The notes under the pieces were generated by a model. That model had not been told where the DNA came from. It saw only the letters and a list, made by a program, of their open reading frames with translations, and did not search any database. The translations under genes were made by a program, and so were the position numbers. 64,000 bases of DNA from Pseudomonadota bacterium (GTDB lineage Bacteria > Desulfobacterota > JAPLJL01): positions 471 through 64,470 of the forward strand of contig JAPLJI010000138.1 of NCBI GenBank assembly GCA_026388655.1, in the 5' to 3' direction. This document shows, one piece after another, positions 19,004-29,996 of this stretch. Each line of letters begins with the position of its first letter. Within the stretch, counting starts at the first letter, position 1.

Positions 19004-19645
19004 ATGTTTGTCCGGATCCCGAGAAACTTTTACCAGGAAAATTTTATCCGGGAGAATGCCAACCTCACCACCGGGAACCTCTACTTCCATCCCCATCCGC
19101 TCCTCCGCTGGGTTTTCTGGGAGAGACTCCGGCAGATCTACCGTTTGGTCCGGGAGATAAAAGCAGAAACGGTTCTCGATCTCGGGTGCGGGGGAGGGGA
19201 GCTTCTTCCCACCCTGGCCGGGCTTTTCCCCCGGATTTGGGGAATTGATTTACAAGTTACCAACGCCCGGAGGGTGGTGGAATATTATCAGTTAAAGAAT
19301 GTTACCCTGATTGAAGGGGATTTCCTAACCCATGATTTCCGCCCGGCGTTCTTTGACCTGGTGGTGGCAGCGGATGTGCTCGAGCACCAGCGCGACCTGG
19401 AAGTTTTTTGCCGGAGAATGCACTCGGTTTTGAAAACCGGGGGAATCGCGGTGGTTTGCCTGCCGCGGGAAGGATTTTTCTACCATCTCGGCCGGAAGCT
19501 CTTCAGGATTTCCCCTCCGGAGGATCATTTCCAGAGTTATCGAGAAATCCGGGCCGGCCTGGAACGGCATTTCCAGGTCCAGGGGATTTCGGGCTTGCCC
19601 TTTATTCTTCCCCTCTTCGCGGTATTTAAATGTTTTAAAAAATAA
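19004..19645 (+). CDS. Class I SAM-dependent methyltransferase
   Basis: VLDLGCGGGELL motif I. Acidic post-II motif (AADVLEH). Confidence 0.65.
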   Translation: MFVRIPRNFYQENFIRENANLTTGNLYFHPHPLLRWVFWERLRQIYRLVREIKAETVLDLGCGGGELLPTLAGLFPRIWGIDLQVTNARRVVEYYQLKNVTLIEGDFLTHDFRPAFFDLVVAADVLEHQRDLEVFCRRMHSVLKTGGIAVVCLPREGFFYHLGRKLFRISPPEDHFQSYREIRAGLERHFQVQGISGLPFILPLFAVFKCFKK

Positions 19646-19652
19646 TAAAAAA

Positions 19653-21044
19653 ATGGCTAAAATCGCTTTAATCAAATGTTCCTCCCCGGCTGGCTTTAAT
19701 CTCTTAATTTCACCTCCGCTGGGATTGATGTATCTGGCCGCGGTTATTCAACCCCAGGGCCATCAAGTAAAGATATTCGATTCCCGATTCCAACCAGATA
19801 ATGATGGCCGGCTGGAGAAAGAGCTCCGGGATTTCGAGCCCGATTATATCGGCTTGAGCGCTATGGTTCCGGAAATGGATTCTTTCCATCGGTGGGCGAG
19901 AATCGCCTGCGGCCTGCCCGGCGTCAGGGCAGTGGTGGGAGGAGGGCCCTATGCTACGGCTATGCCTTTTCAGGCAATGGAGGATCGGAATATCGATGCC
20001 TTGGTTCTGGGCGAGGGAGAAATCAGCCTGTCCCGGCTATTAAAGAAGTGGGAAGAACCAGGTGCAGAAAGGGGGAGCGAGATTCCCGGGGTGCTTTTTA
20101 GAAAGGACGAGGGCTTAAGCGGGGGAAATTTTCCCGATCCGATCCCGGATCTGGATCGGATTCCTTTTCCGGCCTGGGATTTGATTAATCTGGATTCGTA
20201 CCGGAGGCATAAATGGACAGGCAACCCGCCCCAGTGCCGATATATCCATATCCTGACCTCCCGGGGTTGCCCTTATCGATGCAGTTATTGCCATCAGATG
20301 TTCGGGAAAATTTATCGAGCCCGGACGGCGGAAAACGTGGTGGATGAAATCGGGAAATGGCAGGAAAGTTTTCAGGTCGAGCAATTCGAGGTTATTGACG
20401 ATATTTTCAATCTGGATCGTGATCGGGTCTTGAAAATTTGCCGTCTCCTGCGAGAGCGAGGGCTGAAGATAAAACTTTCTTTTCCCAATGGATTGAGGGG
20501 AGATTTGCTGGACGAGGAAACTCTTGGGCAATTGAAATCGGTGGGGACGTATTGGATAAATTTCGGAGTCGAAACAGCTTCCCCCCGCTTGCAAAAATTG
20601 ATCGGAAAGAACTTGAATTCGGGAGCATTGAAGAAAAACATCGAGATTTGCCGGAAATTGCGGATTATCACCCATGGTTTTTTCATCTTGGGTTTCCCGA
20701 CCGAAACCCGCGCGGAGGTGGAAATGACGATCCGATCGGCGCGGGAATTTAATTTGGACTTTGCCAGCTTCTTCCAATTGATTCCTTTTCCCGGCTTTCC
20801 GCTCGCGGAGGAATTTGGGAAAGACGAACGGCAGCCGGGGGGGATTTCTTTCTGCGGTTTGGATTATTATGGAGAAGAGGTCAACTTGAGCCAGGCTTCG
20901 AACCAGGAATTGAGCCGTCTCCGCCGGCGGGCTTACTTGGAATTTTATTTGTACCGGATTCCCCGGATCTTGATTCGTGGGCATTGGCGGAAGGTTTCCC
21001 TAAGCTACGGCCTCCGACAATTCTGGCATCGAGCCGTTAGCTAA
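19653..21044 (+). CDS. B12-binding radical SAM protein (subfamily I)
   Basis: MAKIALIKCS..., LTSRGCPYRCSYCH, FPNGLRGD, ETASPRLQ. Confidence 0.8.
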   Translation: MAKIALIKCSSPAGFNLLISPPLGLMYLAAVIQPQGHQVKIFDSRFQPDNDGRLEKELRDFEPDYIGLSAMVPEMDSFHRWARIACGLPGVRAVVGGGPYATAMPFQAMEDRNIDALVLGEGEISLSRLLKKWEEPGAERGSEIPGVLFRKDEGLSGGNFPDPIPDLDRIPFPAWDLINLDSYRRHKWTGNPPQCRYIHILTSRGCPYRCSYCHQMFGKIYRARTAENVVDEIGKWQESFQVEQFEVIDDIFNLDRDRVLKICRLLRERGLKIKLSFPNGLRGDLLDEETLGQLKSVGTYWINFGVETASPRLQKLIGKNLNSGALKKNIEICRKLRIITHGFFILGFPTETRAEVEMTIRSAREFNLDFASFFQLIPFPGFPLAEEFGKDERQPGGISFCGLDYYGEEVNLSQASNQELSRLRRRAYLEFYLYRIPRILIRGHWRKVSLSYGLRQFWHRAVS

Positions 21045-21052
21045 ATAAATTC

Positions 21053-22459
21053 ATGGCCCGGATTGCTTTAATAAAATGCTCCCTTCCCCGGAGCTTTAAC
21101 CTGGTGATCTCACCACCTCTCGGAATCATGTATTTGGCTTCCGCCCTGCGCCGGAAAAATCATGAAGTAAAAATTATCGATTATCGCCTGCATCCCGGCT
21201 GGCTGGACCGTTTGCAGGAGGAACTCAGGCTGTTTTCCCCCGAGATTGTGGGTTTGTCTTCCCTCACCCAGGAAGCGAATTCGATTGCCGAAATTGCCGC
21301 GGTGGCTAAAAAGACGCCCGGAGTCAAGTTCATTATTGCGGGCGGGGCCCACCCCTCCGCGCATGCCCGGCAGATTTTAAAAGACCCCAATATTGATGTA
21401 GTGGTGCTCGGAGAAGGGGAAGTAACGGTTCCGGAATTGATTGAATGTCTGGAAGCGGGTAAAAGCATTCAGGAAATCGCGGGCATCGCCGGGAAGACCG
21501 CCGGAAAAATAGTTGAGAATGCCCCCCGCCCCTATGTCGAAAACCTGGACCGGGTACCCTTTCCGGCCTGGGACTTGATAGATTTAAAAAGCTATTCCAG
21601 CCGCCGGAGGTTTGGATACCTTCCCCGGAGGAAATATATGTCAATAATGACTTCCCGGGGTTGTCCTTTTTCCTGCATATATTGTCACAAGCTGTTTGGG
21701 AAAATGTTTCGGCCCCGGAGCCCGGGGAATGTCCTGGCGGAAATGGAGGAATTGTCTGACCGATACGGGATGCGAGAGTTCGAAATAGATGATGATGTTT
21801 TTAATTTTGAAATTCCCCGGGCGCAGGAAATTCTAGAGCGGATTGAGGCGAAAGCATGGGGAGTCAAACTGGCTTTTCCCAATGGCCTGCGCGGTGACCG
21901 CTTGAATTACGAGATTTTGGGAAAATTTAAATCAGCGGGGACCTACCTTCTGGCCATGGCCGTGGAAACCGTTTCCCCCCGCCTGCAGAAACTGATCGGG
22001 AAGAACCTCGACCTCGAGCGGGTCCGGCAGTCGGCGGAAGATTGCCGGAGACTCAAGATCACCACCCTGGGGTTTTTCATGCTGGGGTTTCCGACCGAAA
22101 CCCCGGAGGAAGCCCGGGCCACGGTGGAATGGGCGGTCAAGTCGAAGTTTGATTTTGCGTCTTTCACCATGATGGTTCCCTATGGCGGGACAAGATTATG
22201 GAAATCGCTGGAAGAAACAGGAAGGATTTCAGAACTACCTGATTTCATTGATCTGGATTACCATCGGAGTCGTTACAACCTAAGCGAGGTTCCCGACCGG
22301 GAATTATTTAATCTCCAGAGATGGGCCTATTGGAAGTTTTACATCGGGAGGATATTCGCTTTTGTTTTCCGAGGTTTGCTGTTCAAGATTGACTGGGAAA
22401 ATGGGATCAGGAATTTTTCCCGAGCGTTCTTCATTAAAAAGCGGGGATTCCTCAAGTGA
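21053..22459 (+). CDS. B12-binding radical SAM protein (subfamily I)
   Basis: MARIALIKCSLP..., MTSRGCPFSCIYCH, FRPRSP, FPNGLRGD, ETVSPRLQ. Confidence 0.8.
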   Translation: MARIALIKCSLPRSFNLVISPPLGIMYLASALRRKNHEVKIIDYRLHPGWLDRLQEELRLFSPEIVGLSSLTQEANSIAEIAAVAKKTPGVKFIIAGGAHPSAHARQILKDPNIDVVVLGEGEVTVPELIECLEAGKSIQEIAGIAGKTAGKIVENAPRPYVENLDRVPFPAWDLIDLKSYSSRRRFGYLPRRKYMSIMTSRGCPFSCIYCHKLFGKMFRPRSPGNVLAEMEELSDRYGMREFEIDDDVFNFEIPRAQEILERIEAKAWGVKLAFPNGLRGDRLNYEILGKFKSAGTYLLAMAVETVSPRLQKLIGKNLDLERVRQSAEDCRRLKITTLGFFMLGFPTETPEEARATVEWAVKSKFDFASFTMMVPYGGTRLWKSLEETGRISELPDFIDLDYHRSRYNLSEVPDRELFNLQRWAYWKFYIGRIFAFVFRGLLFKIDWENGIRNFSRAFFIKKRGFLK

Positions 22460-23868
22460 AAATTCTGCTGGCGATTCCTCCCCGCCTCACCAATATCCAT
22501 CGAGATGTTGCTTTTAATGCCTCGGCTCCACATCTGGGAGTGGCTTATCTGGCCGCGGTATTACGGAAGCAGAATTACCAAGTTACGGTAGTCGATGCCC
22601 AGGTTGAAGGTATTTCCTTGGGGGAATTTAAACGGAGAGTAAGGTTGTGCAATCCAGAACTGGTGGGATTCACGGCTTTTACCGAACAGGTTGAGGAAGC
22701 CCACCGGGCAGCGCAGATGATCAAGGAATCCAATCCGAATCTCCCGATCGTGGTCGGAGGTTGTCACCCTTCGGCCTTGCCCCGGGAAACCCTGGAGGAA
22801 TTCCCTCGGTTTGATTTTATCGTGGCGGGAGAAGGGGAGAACACCCTTCTGGACCTGGTGGAAAGAATAAGCCGGAAAGATGGTTTCACCGATCTTCCCG
22901 GGGTCAGCTATCGGGACGGTTCCCGGGTAATCTGCAATTCCCCCCGGAAATACATTAAAGACCTGGATACGCTGCCTTTTCCCGCGTTCGATCTTTTCCC
23001 CCTGGATCGGTATAAGAATTATTACCGGATTTTAAACCGGGGCAGGAACCTTCCCCTTCTGACTTCCCGCGGCTGCCCGTATTCCTGCATTTTCTGCTAC
23101 AAACTCATGGATGCGCCGGTTCGGTTTCGTTCTGTAGATAATGTCATGGAAGAGATCCGGCACTGGGTGAATAATTATTCGGTACGGCAATTCATTGTCA
23201 TGGATGAATGTTTTACACTGAAAAAGGATCGGGCCATTAAAATCAGCGAGGCTATCCTAGAAGAAGGGCTGCAGAAGCAGATGACCTTCGCCTGCGAAAC
23301 CAGGGTGGATTTGATTGACCGTGAAATCCTAGGAAAATTGAAAGAGGCAGGTTGCTTTTTAGTAAGTTATGGAGTGGAGTCCGGCAACCAAGATATCATT
23401 AATCAAACTCAAAAAAGAATACAAGTCGAACAGGCGGAGAAAGCGTTCAGTCTAACCCGACAAGCTGGGATAAAATCTCAAGCCAATTTTATTATCGGAT
23501 TTCCGAGTGAAAGTGCAAACCAGGTAAAAGATACAATTCGCCTGGCTATGAGAATAGATTCGGATTATTGTATTTTCAATATTCTCTCGCCTTTTCCTGG
23601 TACCCGGGTGTTGGAAATGGTTCAGTCAGGGGAGAGTGGAGCAAAGCTGCTTTCAAAAAAATGGAGCCAATTCGGCAAACATATGGGTTCAGCTTATGAA
23701 ACAGATCTGCTCTCTCGTCGACAATTAGAGAAATTACAGCTTGCCGCTTATATTAAATTTTATTTACGGGGGCGCCGTATAGGAAATCTATTCCGACATG
23801 TAAGACTTAGATTCTTCCCTGTTTATTTATGGCGTTTGATCTTTATTTATTTTAAAAGCAGATTATGA
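22456..23868 (+). CDS. B12-binding radical SAM protein (subfamily II). The 3' part falls to low G+C.
   Basis: GTG start overlapping the upstream stop. FTAFTEQVEEA. LTSRGCPYSCIFC. From about 23150 onward the coding sequence is much more AT-rich. Confidence 0.8.
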   Translation: MKILLAIPPRLTNIHRDVAFNASAPHLGVAYLAAVLRKQNYQVTVVDAQVEGISLGEFKRRVRLCNPELVGFTAFTEQVEEAHRAAQMIKESNPNLPIVVGGCHPSALPRETLEEFPRFDFIVAGEGENTLLDLVERISRKDGFTDLPGVSYRDGSRVICNSPRKYIKDLDTLPFPAFDLFPLDRYKNYYRILNRGRNLPLLTSRGCPYSCIFCYKLMDAPVRFRSVDNVMEEIRHWVNNYSVRQFIVMDECFTLKKDRAIKISEAILEEGLQKQMTFACETRVDLIDREILGKLKEAGCFLVSYGVESGNQDIINQTQKRIQVEQAEKAFSLTRQAGIKSQANFIIGFPSESANQVKDTIRLAMRIDSDYCIFNILSPFPGTRVLEMVQSGESGAKLLSKKWSQFGKHMGSAYETDLLSRRQLEKLQLAAYIKFYLRGRRIGNLFRHVRLRFFPVYLWRLIFIYFKSRL

Positions 23869-24533
23869 AAATGAGTATTTTAGATTCAATACGAAGAAAA
23901 TTCATAATTTACAGTTCGTTTATTTACGATATGAGAACTATTATTTATCCGCTTACTCTGCAGACAAAATATTATCATAAAATAATTAATATGGCGGAGA
24001 TAAAAAATGGATTTAGAATTTTAGATATAGGATGTGGAACAGGAATGCTAGGGATTTTGTTGAAAACTTTATATGGAAGTTCAATTGAGTATTTTGCTGT
24101 GGATCCCAATAAATATGTTGTTAAAGCTGCTCAGATCAAAGCCGATAAAAATAATTATAATTTTAAAATTTTAAGAGGAAAAATTGAAAATATGCCATTT
24201 AAAGATAAATCGTTTGATTTAATATTTTGTAATTTAGTCGTTCATCATTTACCGCTGAATATATTTAAAACCGGGTTGTCAGAGATTAGAAGAGTTTTAA
24301 AATCAAAAGCTAATCTTTTGATTTTTGATTATTGTCCTACACATTCATTTGTCCATTATATTGTTTATTTAATTACATACGTTTGGACTTCAATTCATGA
24401 ACATGGAAAAGATTTATTCAAAGGACGAATGCCTATTCATTTAGAAAAAGAATTTAGCGATATAAATGTTTTCCAGATATCCAAATTATTTCCTTTAGCG
24501 ATTTATAGAGCGAAAAATGACTCAATTAAATAA
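23865..24533 (+). CDS. Class I SAM-dependent methyltransferase (AT-rich island)
   Basis: ILDIGCGTGMLG. ATGA overlap with the upstream gene. Confidence 0.65.
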   Translation: MKMSILDSIRRKFIIYSSFIYDMRTIIYPLTLQTKYYHKIINMAEIKNGFRILDIGCGTGMLGILLKTLYGSSIEYFAVDPNKYVVKAAQIKADKNNYNFKILRGKIENMPFKDKSFDLIFCNLVVHHLPLNIFKTGLSEIRRVLKSKANLLIFDYCPTHSFVHYIVYLITYVWTSIHEHGKDLFKGRMPIHLEKEFSDINVFQISKLFPLAIYRAKNDSIK

Positions 24534-26346
24534 ATATTTGAATACTGAGATAAACAGTAAATATTATTTAGCATTTATAATATTAGTATCAATATTATTA
24601 AGGCTTAATGGACTTGAAATGGCATTGCCATATTTTCATTCTGATGGAGGAGATGTAGTTCCCGTAGCATATAATATAGTAAAGAATCATGACTTTGATT
24701 ACAAGATATATAAATATGGCGGATTTTATTTTTATTTATCCGCGATTTATTTTTACATTATATTTATATGCATATGGATTTTAAATTGGTTCTCTATTCC
24801 TTTAAAAGAAATAATAAATTCTTATTCACTTCAAAGCGACACAACTCTTTCATTATTTTATTTTAGCAAGTATTTATCCTTTTTGATTGGTATTACGACC
24901 ATAATAGCGACTTATTTTATCGCCAAAATTCTGTTTAATAAGAAAGTTGCTTTATTATCTGCATTTTTATTGGCTATTCATCCTCTTCATATTTTACAAT
25001 CTCAGCTTGCCAATGTTGATATTAGCCTGCTTCTTTGGGTGCTGTTAAGCTTCTATTGCTCAATAAAGATATTAAATTCTCCTAATATTATTTATTATAT
25101 CTTGAGTAGTATATTTATAGGTTTATCCATGTCCACAAAATATTATTTCTTTGGTATATTTCCGCTTCTAGTATGTCACATATTAAAAAATAAAAAAGAT
25201 AATAAAATAAATGTAAAATCCATATTTAATCCAAAAATGATTATATCTATATATTTAATTATTATTGTATTTATTGTAACAAATCCTTATTTTGTTTTCA
25301 AATTATATGAAATAATTAAAAAACCTTTGCAATTAATATTATCATTAACCTTAACTCCACGTTTTAATAATAATTTATTAAGTAAATTAATGATGGGAAT
25401 TGTTTACCAAATATTATTTAGTTCAATTGTACTAAATATACCAATATTTATTTTATTTATTATAGGTATGAAAAATATTAAAATATATAATGTAAATTAT
25501 TTTTTAATATTTTTATTATCTGTCGGTATTTATATGATTTTATTTATTTTGATTATAAAATATCCATTTCCTCAGTATTTATTACCGATATTACCATTTG
25601 TTATAATTATATGTTCCTATTATATATTTGAAAAGAAGTACCTTAAGAATTATTTAAATGTTATAAAATATTTATTACTTATTTTTGGAATAATATATTC
25701 TCTTTCAGATATAATAATGCCACATTATAGATCTATAATAAATTCTCATTTACAGATGGGAAAATGGATTGAAAGTAAAAATAATGATGGTAAAAGCGTA
25801 TTTTTACCAAACATGTTATTTTTTTCAACAATATATTTAAAGCAAAATAATAATTTCATTTATTATGGAAAAAAGAAAACAAAATATTATGATTATTTAG
25901 GTGGTATTGAAGAAAAGCAATCAGATTTAAATACATTTAATTCAACATTTATTACTTTAGTAAATCCAGATTACTTAATTACTTTTAATGCGGATTATTT
26001 ACATTCTTTCCCGACATCACTTTCATTTGAATCAGACATTTATTTTAAAACTATTAATGATATTGAAAAAGGAAAATATAACTATAAAATAATTAAAGAG
26101 ATTTCACCACCAGATTACTGGATGAATCTGGCAAAATTAATTATGCCTATGATTAAAAATTATAAATTTAAAATATATCAAAAAACAAATATCTATAATC
26201 AAGATGATAAAATAATATTTATTAATAATTTATTTAAAAATAAAGATATTAATAAAAAAGAAATAGATTTTCTTCCTTTATATATTAAAGATATTAAAAA
26301 TCCGGAAAAGAATATTTTGAAAAATATAATTAATAAATATCGTTAA
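24517..26346 (+). CDS. GT-C fold membrane glycosyltransferase, PMT/ArnT-like (AT-rich island)
   Basis: PYFHSDGGDVVPVAYNIV loop. YKYGGFYFYL. MSTKYYF. 609 aa with many transmembrane helices. Extremely AT-rich codon usage. Confidence 0.6.
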   Translation: MTQLNKYLNTEINSKYYLAFIILVSILLRLNGLEMALPYFHSDGGDVVPVAYNIVKNHDFDYKIYKYGGFYFYLSAIYFYIIFICIWILNWFSIPLKEIINSYSLQSDTTLSLFYFSKYLSFLIGITTIIATYFIAKILFNKKVALLSAFLLAIHPLHILQSQLANVDISLLLWVLLSFYCSIKILNSPNIIYYILSSIFIGLSMSTKYYFFGIFPLLVCHILKNKKDNKINVKSIFNPKMIISIYLIIIVFIVTNPYFVFKLYEIIKKPLQLILSLTLTPRFNNNLLSKLMMGIVYQILFSSIVLNIPIFILFIIGMKNIKIYNVNYFLIFLLSVGIYMILFILIIKYPFPQYLLPILPFVIIICSYYIFEKKYLKNYLNVIKYLLLIFGIIYSLSDIIMPHYRSIINSHLQMGKWIESKNNDGKSVFLPNMLFFSTIYLKQNNNFIYYGKKKTKYYDYLGGIEEKQSDLNTFNSTFITLVNPDYLITFNADYLHSFPTSLSFESDIYFKTINDIEKGKYNYKIIKEISPPDYWMNLAKLIMPMIKNYKFKIYQKTNIYNQDDKIIFINNLFKNKDINKKEIDFLPLYIKDIKNPEKNILKNIINKYR

Positions 26347-27743
26347 ATGTTAAGTAATAATCGAATAGAAGATCTAATTTTATTAAAAAATTCTTTTAAT
26401 GTTTTTGTTTCAAATAATATTTCGTAAATTTTACCAATTCTTAAATAAAATTTTCGGTAAGACCATTTAATGATTTTTGATAATTGTTGGAAGGTAAGAA
26501 TATTGCTACAATGTATCACTGCAAAATCTTCACTTGGGTTTAGAGCATATTCCTGAAAATAATCGCGTTTAAAGTATCCCTTATCAATCATCCATTGATA
26601 AAGTTCAGTTTTTGGAACAGGGGTTAAAATACAAAAACGAGCATAATTGGGATTTAATTTAATGGCATATTTAACGGTATCTTTAATGTCCTTTATGGTT
26701 TCTTCCGGAAATCCAATTATAAAATCTGCGTTGGTTTTGATCCCATATTTATTGGCTAAATAAAAAGAATCTTCAATTTGTTTGATATTGATTCTTTTTT
26801 TAATAAAATCAAGATTATTAGGAGCGAATGATTCGACTCCAAATTCAATTTTATCACAGCCAGCCTTTTTTAAAAGGTTACAAATATCATCATCTATAAT
26901 ATCTACTCTTCCATTAATAAGCCATTTAATAGTTAAATTTCTTGAAATAAATTCATTGCAGACATTTGAAACCCATTTCTTACTTACATTGAAAGTGCCT
27001 TCAACAAAATCGAGATATTTATATCCTTGTTTGGATAACATTTCAACTTCATCGGCAAGATTAGAAGGTGAGCGGTATCGATAAATTGAAGTTGACATAG
27101 TACAAAAAATACATTTATATGGGCAACCTCGACTGCCGACTATTGTTGTGAATGGATATTCACGATGAGCGGTTGCACTATAATATTGTTGAGGTAAAAA
27201 AGATCGATCGGGGAAAGGTAAAGTATCTAAGTTTTTTATGATAGCAGGTGAGTTGTTTTTTATATATTGATTATTATTTTTAAACCAGATTCCAGGAATA
27301 TCAACAGGAATCTGGTTAATATTTAAAGCTTCAGCAAGTTTAGTAAAAGCTATTTCACCATCTCCGATTGTTATTGAATCTACGAAAGGAAATTTTAAAG
27401 TTTCATCCGGATATAAAGTGAGGTGAGGACCGCCTAAATTAATATGAATTTTGGGATTATAATTTTTGATATATTTGCACAGATAGGTAAGACCGAATAA
27501 TTCATATGTATATGAAGTAATCCCAACTAGATCGGGGTTGAAAATTTTTAAAGTATCATCTAATTTATTATAATCTCTGGCAGTTAACATATCCAATATT
27601 TTTACATTATAATCCTTTTCCTTTTTCATATAAGCTGCAATATATAACAAACCAAGAGGAATAAAATGTCCTTCAAAGTGGGTTTTGGGAAAGGCGGATT
27701 TAATCATTTTGAATCTTGGGGGAGAAATAAGTAATATCTTCAA
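26343..27743 (-). CDS. B12-binding radical SAM protein (AT-rich island)
   Basis: MKILLISPP.... VGSRGCPYKCIFC. Convergent 4-nt stop overlap with the 24517 gene. Confidence 0.8.
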   Translation of the reverse strand: MKILLISPPRFKMIKSAFPKTHFEGHFIPLGLLYIAAYMKKEKDYNVKILDMLTARDYNKLDDTLKIFNPDLVGITSYTYELFGLTYLCKYIKNYNPKIHINLGGPHLTLYPDETLKFPFVDSITIGDGEIAFTKLAEALNINQIPVDIPGIWFKNNNQYIKNNSPAIIKNLDTLPFPDRSFLPQQYYSATAHREYPFTTIVGSRGCPYKCIFCTMSTSIYRYRSPSNLADEVEMLSKQGYKYLDFVEGTFNVSKKWVSNVCNEFISRNLTIKWLINGRVDIIDDDICNLLKKAGCDKIEFGVESFAPNNLDFIKKRINIKQIEDSFYLANKYGIKTNADFIIGFPEETIKDIKDTVKYAIKLNPNYARFCILTPVPKTELYQWMIDKGYFKRDYFQEYALNPSEDFAVIHCSNILTFQQLSKIIKWSYRKFYLRIGKIYEILFETKTLKEFFNKIRSSIRLLLNI

Positions 27744-29992
27744 AAGGCATCCTTTCTAAAATTATTAAGAATTAAGAAAGATATAATGAACAAAACAATA
27801 CCAGAAAAATAAAATATTTTAAAGCCCCAAAATATGGGAATAATTAAAGAAAGCAAACCTCCGAAAATTACACCGAGAGCATCGATCGAATAGATTAGAA
27901 TCAAACGAGATTTATGGCCGAAAAAGATAGATGGAAAAAAAGAACCGGATAAGAAAATTAAAGGAATTGAAAAAAGTAACAAAATTAAGTTGTTGTTAGT
28001 ATTAATTAAAACAAGAAAAAATATTGATGATAATAAACAAACGATGAAAATGATATTTACGTGTTTTTTATTTGTCAATATGCTACCCAAACCGGCAAAG
28101 AATAAAAATAATACGGTACCCCAAAAAGCTGAATCCATTGGAATTGAAAGGTATTTTAGAAGTAAGTATATTATCAAGTATTCCAATAAAATAAAATTAA
28201 GTCCAATCATAAAACTAATTAAGGAAAGCTTGATAATATTTTTTGGAAATTCAGTATTTCTGAAAATCAGTTTTTTCCTAATAATTATGTTTATTAATAT
28301 CATAAAAATAACAGTCAAGAATACAATAAGAGAACAAAACAAATAAGTTATTTTAGGGGTAATAAAAATTGAAATCGCATGAATTGGAAATGGTTTGTCA
28401 TCAGTTATATCTACGATATCTGATGATAAGCCTAAATTATTAGTATTTATTTCACGATATTTATATTTTGAAAGGTTTTCAAACAATTTATTTTGAAGGT
28501 TAAAGTCGAAAGTACCTTTCTGTCCGATAATCATATAGGAAAATATCGGTATTTGGTTAGAATTAATTTCCTGGCTAATCGGCCATGAAGTATTATCATT
28601 GAGAAAACCATAAGTGTTTAGACCTAAATCTTCTAACATTTTAAAAGATCTTTTAAAAAATATTAGGTTGGGATCAAAAGGAGTAATCTTAATTATTGCT
28701 AGGATTCCTCCTTCTTTCAAATGGTGAGCTATAGATTGAAATGCTTCTCGAGTATATAAAGTTTGGGAAGGTTCGAAATATGCTTTTAAACTAGTCAAAT
28801 GTGAATCAACTGATGATAAAAGAATCAAATTAAATTTTTGAGTGGTATTTTGAATATATTTTCTTCCATCAGTCGAATAAACTTTAACTTTGGGGTTTTG
28901 ATAGACGTGACCGGGATAATAATTTTTAAAATATTCAATGACTTTGGGAATTATTTCTACCGCAACTATTTTTTGAGGATTTTGAAGCTCCAATGCTTCT
29001 TTTAATTGTAATCCGCCACCCGACCCCAAAATAGCTATATCAAGGCTGGAAGAATCAGGAATAGAATTCAACAAGTTATAATCAAGGAAAAAATGACTTG
29101 AAGATGAAGAAATAAATTGTTTTAAATTCTTTGGATATATCCAGGCAAGCAAACCATTGTAAAACCCATAAATTAAATTATTATCTTCGCTGATTGATAA
29201 ATGGCAATATTTTGACCAACCTTGAAAAATATTTTTTGAATCTAAATTAGAAAAATATTTTGTTGAAAAACCTGATTCTTTGCTTTCGAGAATATCAAGG
29301 TAAATGTTTTCCAATTTTGAATTGAATAGCATGATAATCAAAATTAATATTTTGGCATAATTTAAATAATTATTTTTTGATTTGATTAATAAATTTGCGG
29401 ATATAATTCCGATTAAAGAGAAAAATATTAATGAACTGATCCCGACATGATCTAATAATAATCTGAAAAATAAATAAGATGATGCGGTACCGAAAAGGTA
29501 CAAACTGTAAATTAATTTGCTGTTTTGATTAAGATATGTCAAACCAATCTGATACCCTAAAAATTCAGTCATTCCGTAAGAAATAAAAAATGATAAAAAG
29601 AATAATATGCCGAAAAATAGTCTTATTATTAATTTTAAAATAAGTATATAATTCGAAGAAAGATCGATTCCAAAAAATAAAAAATTCTCAATTTTAATGA
29701 AAATAATGAATAAGATTAATGAAGAAATCATGGAAAATTCAGTAATATATAAACTTTTCTGAAAATCATGTCTGTTATCATTGAAATATTTAATGGAAAT
29801 AATTGATCCGATTGGCATCCCAAACAAAAGCAAAATGAAAAAATAAATAACGGGAATAATTAAAAATGAAAGGGTTTGGAATATTGTCAATGAAAATAAA
29901 CCAGTAGAAAAAGAAAGAATAAATAATGAAAATGCAATTCTGGTTCTAAAAATATTTACATATTTAAATTTATAATTTATTAAATTAACCAT
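27740..29992 (-). CDS. Polytopic membrane protein fused to a spermidine synthase-like (aminopropyltransferase / class I methyltransferase-fold) domain
   Basis: About 12 predicted transmembrane helices plus LDIAILGSGGGLQLKEALE ... VAVEIIPKV (SpeE-like). 750 aa. AT-rich. Confidence 0.5.
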   Translation of the reverse strand: MVNLINYKFKYVNIFRTRIAFSLFILSFSTGLFSLTIFQTLSFLIIPVIYFFILLLFGMPIGSIISIKYFNDNRHDFQKSLYITEFSMISSLILFIIFIKIENFLFFGIDLSSNYILILKLIIRLFFGILFFLSFFISYGMTEFLGYQIGLTYLNQNSKLIYSLYLFGTASSYLFFRLLLDHVGISSLIFFSLIGIISANLLIKSKNNYLNYAKILILIIMLFNSKLENIYLDILESKESGFSTKYFSNLDSKNIFQGWSKYCHLSISEDNNLIYGFYNGLLAWIYPKNLKQFISSSSSHFFLDYNLLNSIPDSSSLDIAILGSGGGLQLKEALELQNPQKIVAVEIIPKVIEYFKNYYPGHVYQNPKVKVYSTDGRKYIQNTTQKFNLILLSSVDSHLTSLKAYFEPSQTLYTREAFQSIAHHLKEGGILAIIKITPFDPNLIFFKRSFKMLEDLGLNTYGFLNDNTSWPISQEINSNQIPIFSYMIIGQKGTFDFNLQNKLFENLSKYKYREINTNNLGLSSDIVDITDDKPFPIHAISIFITPKITYLFCSLIVFLTVIFMILINIIIRKKLIFRNTEFPKNIIKLSLISFMIGLNFILLEYLIIYLLLKYLSIPMDSAFWGTVLFLFFAGLGSILTNKKHVNIIFIVCLLSSIFFLVLINTNNNLILLLFSIPLIFLSGSFFPSIFFGHKSRLILIYSIDALGVIFGGLLSLIIPIFWGFKIFYFSGIVLFIISFLILNNFRKDAF

Positions 29993-29996
29993 TATT

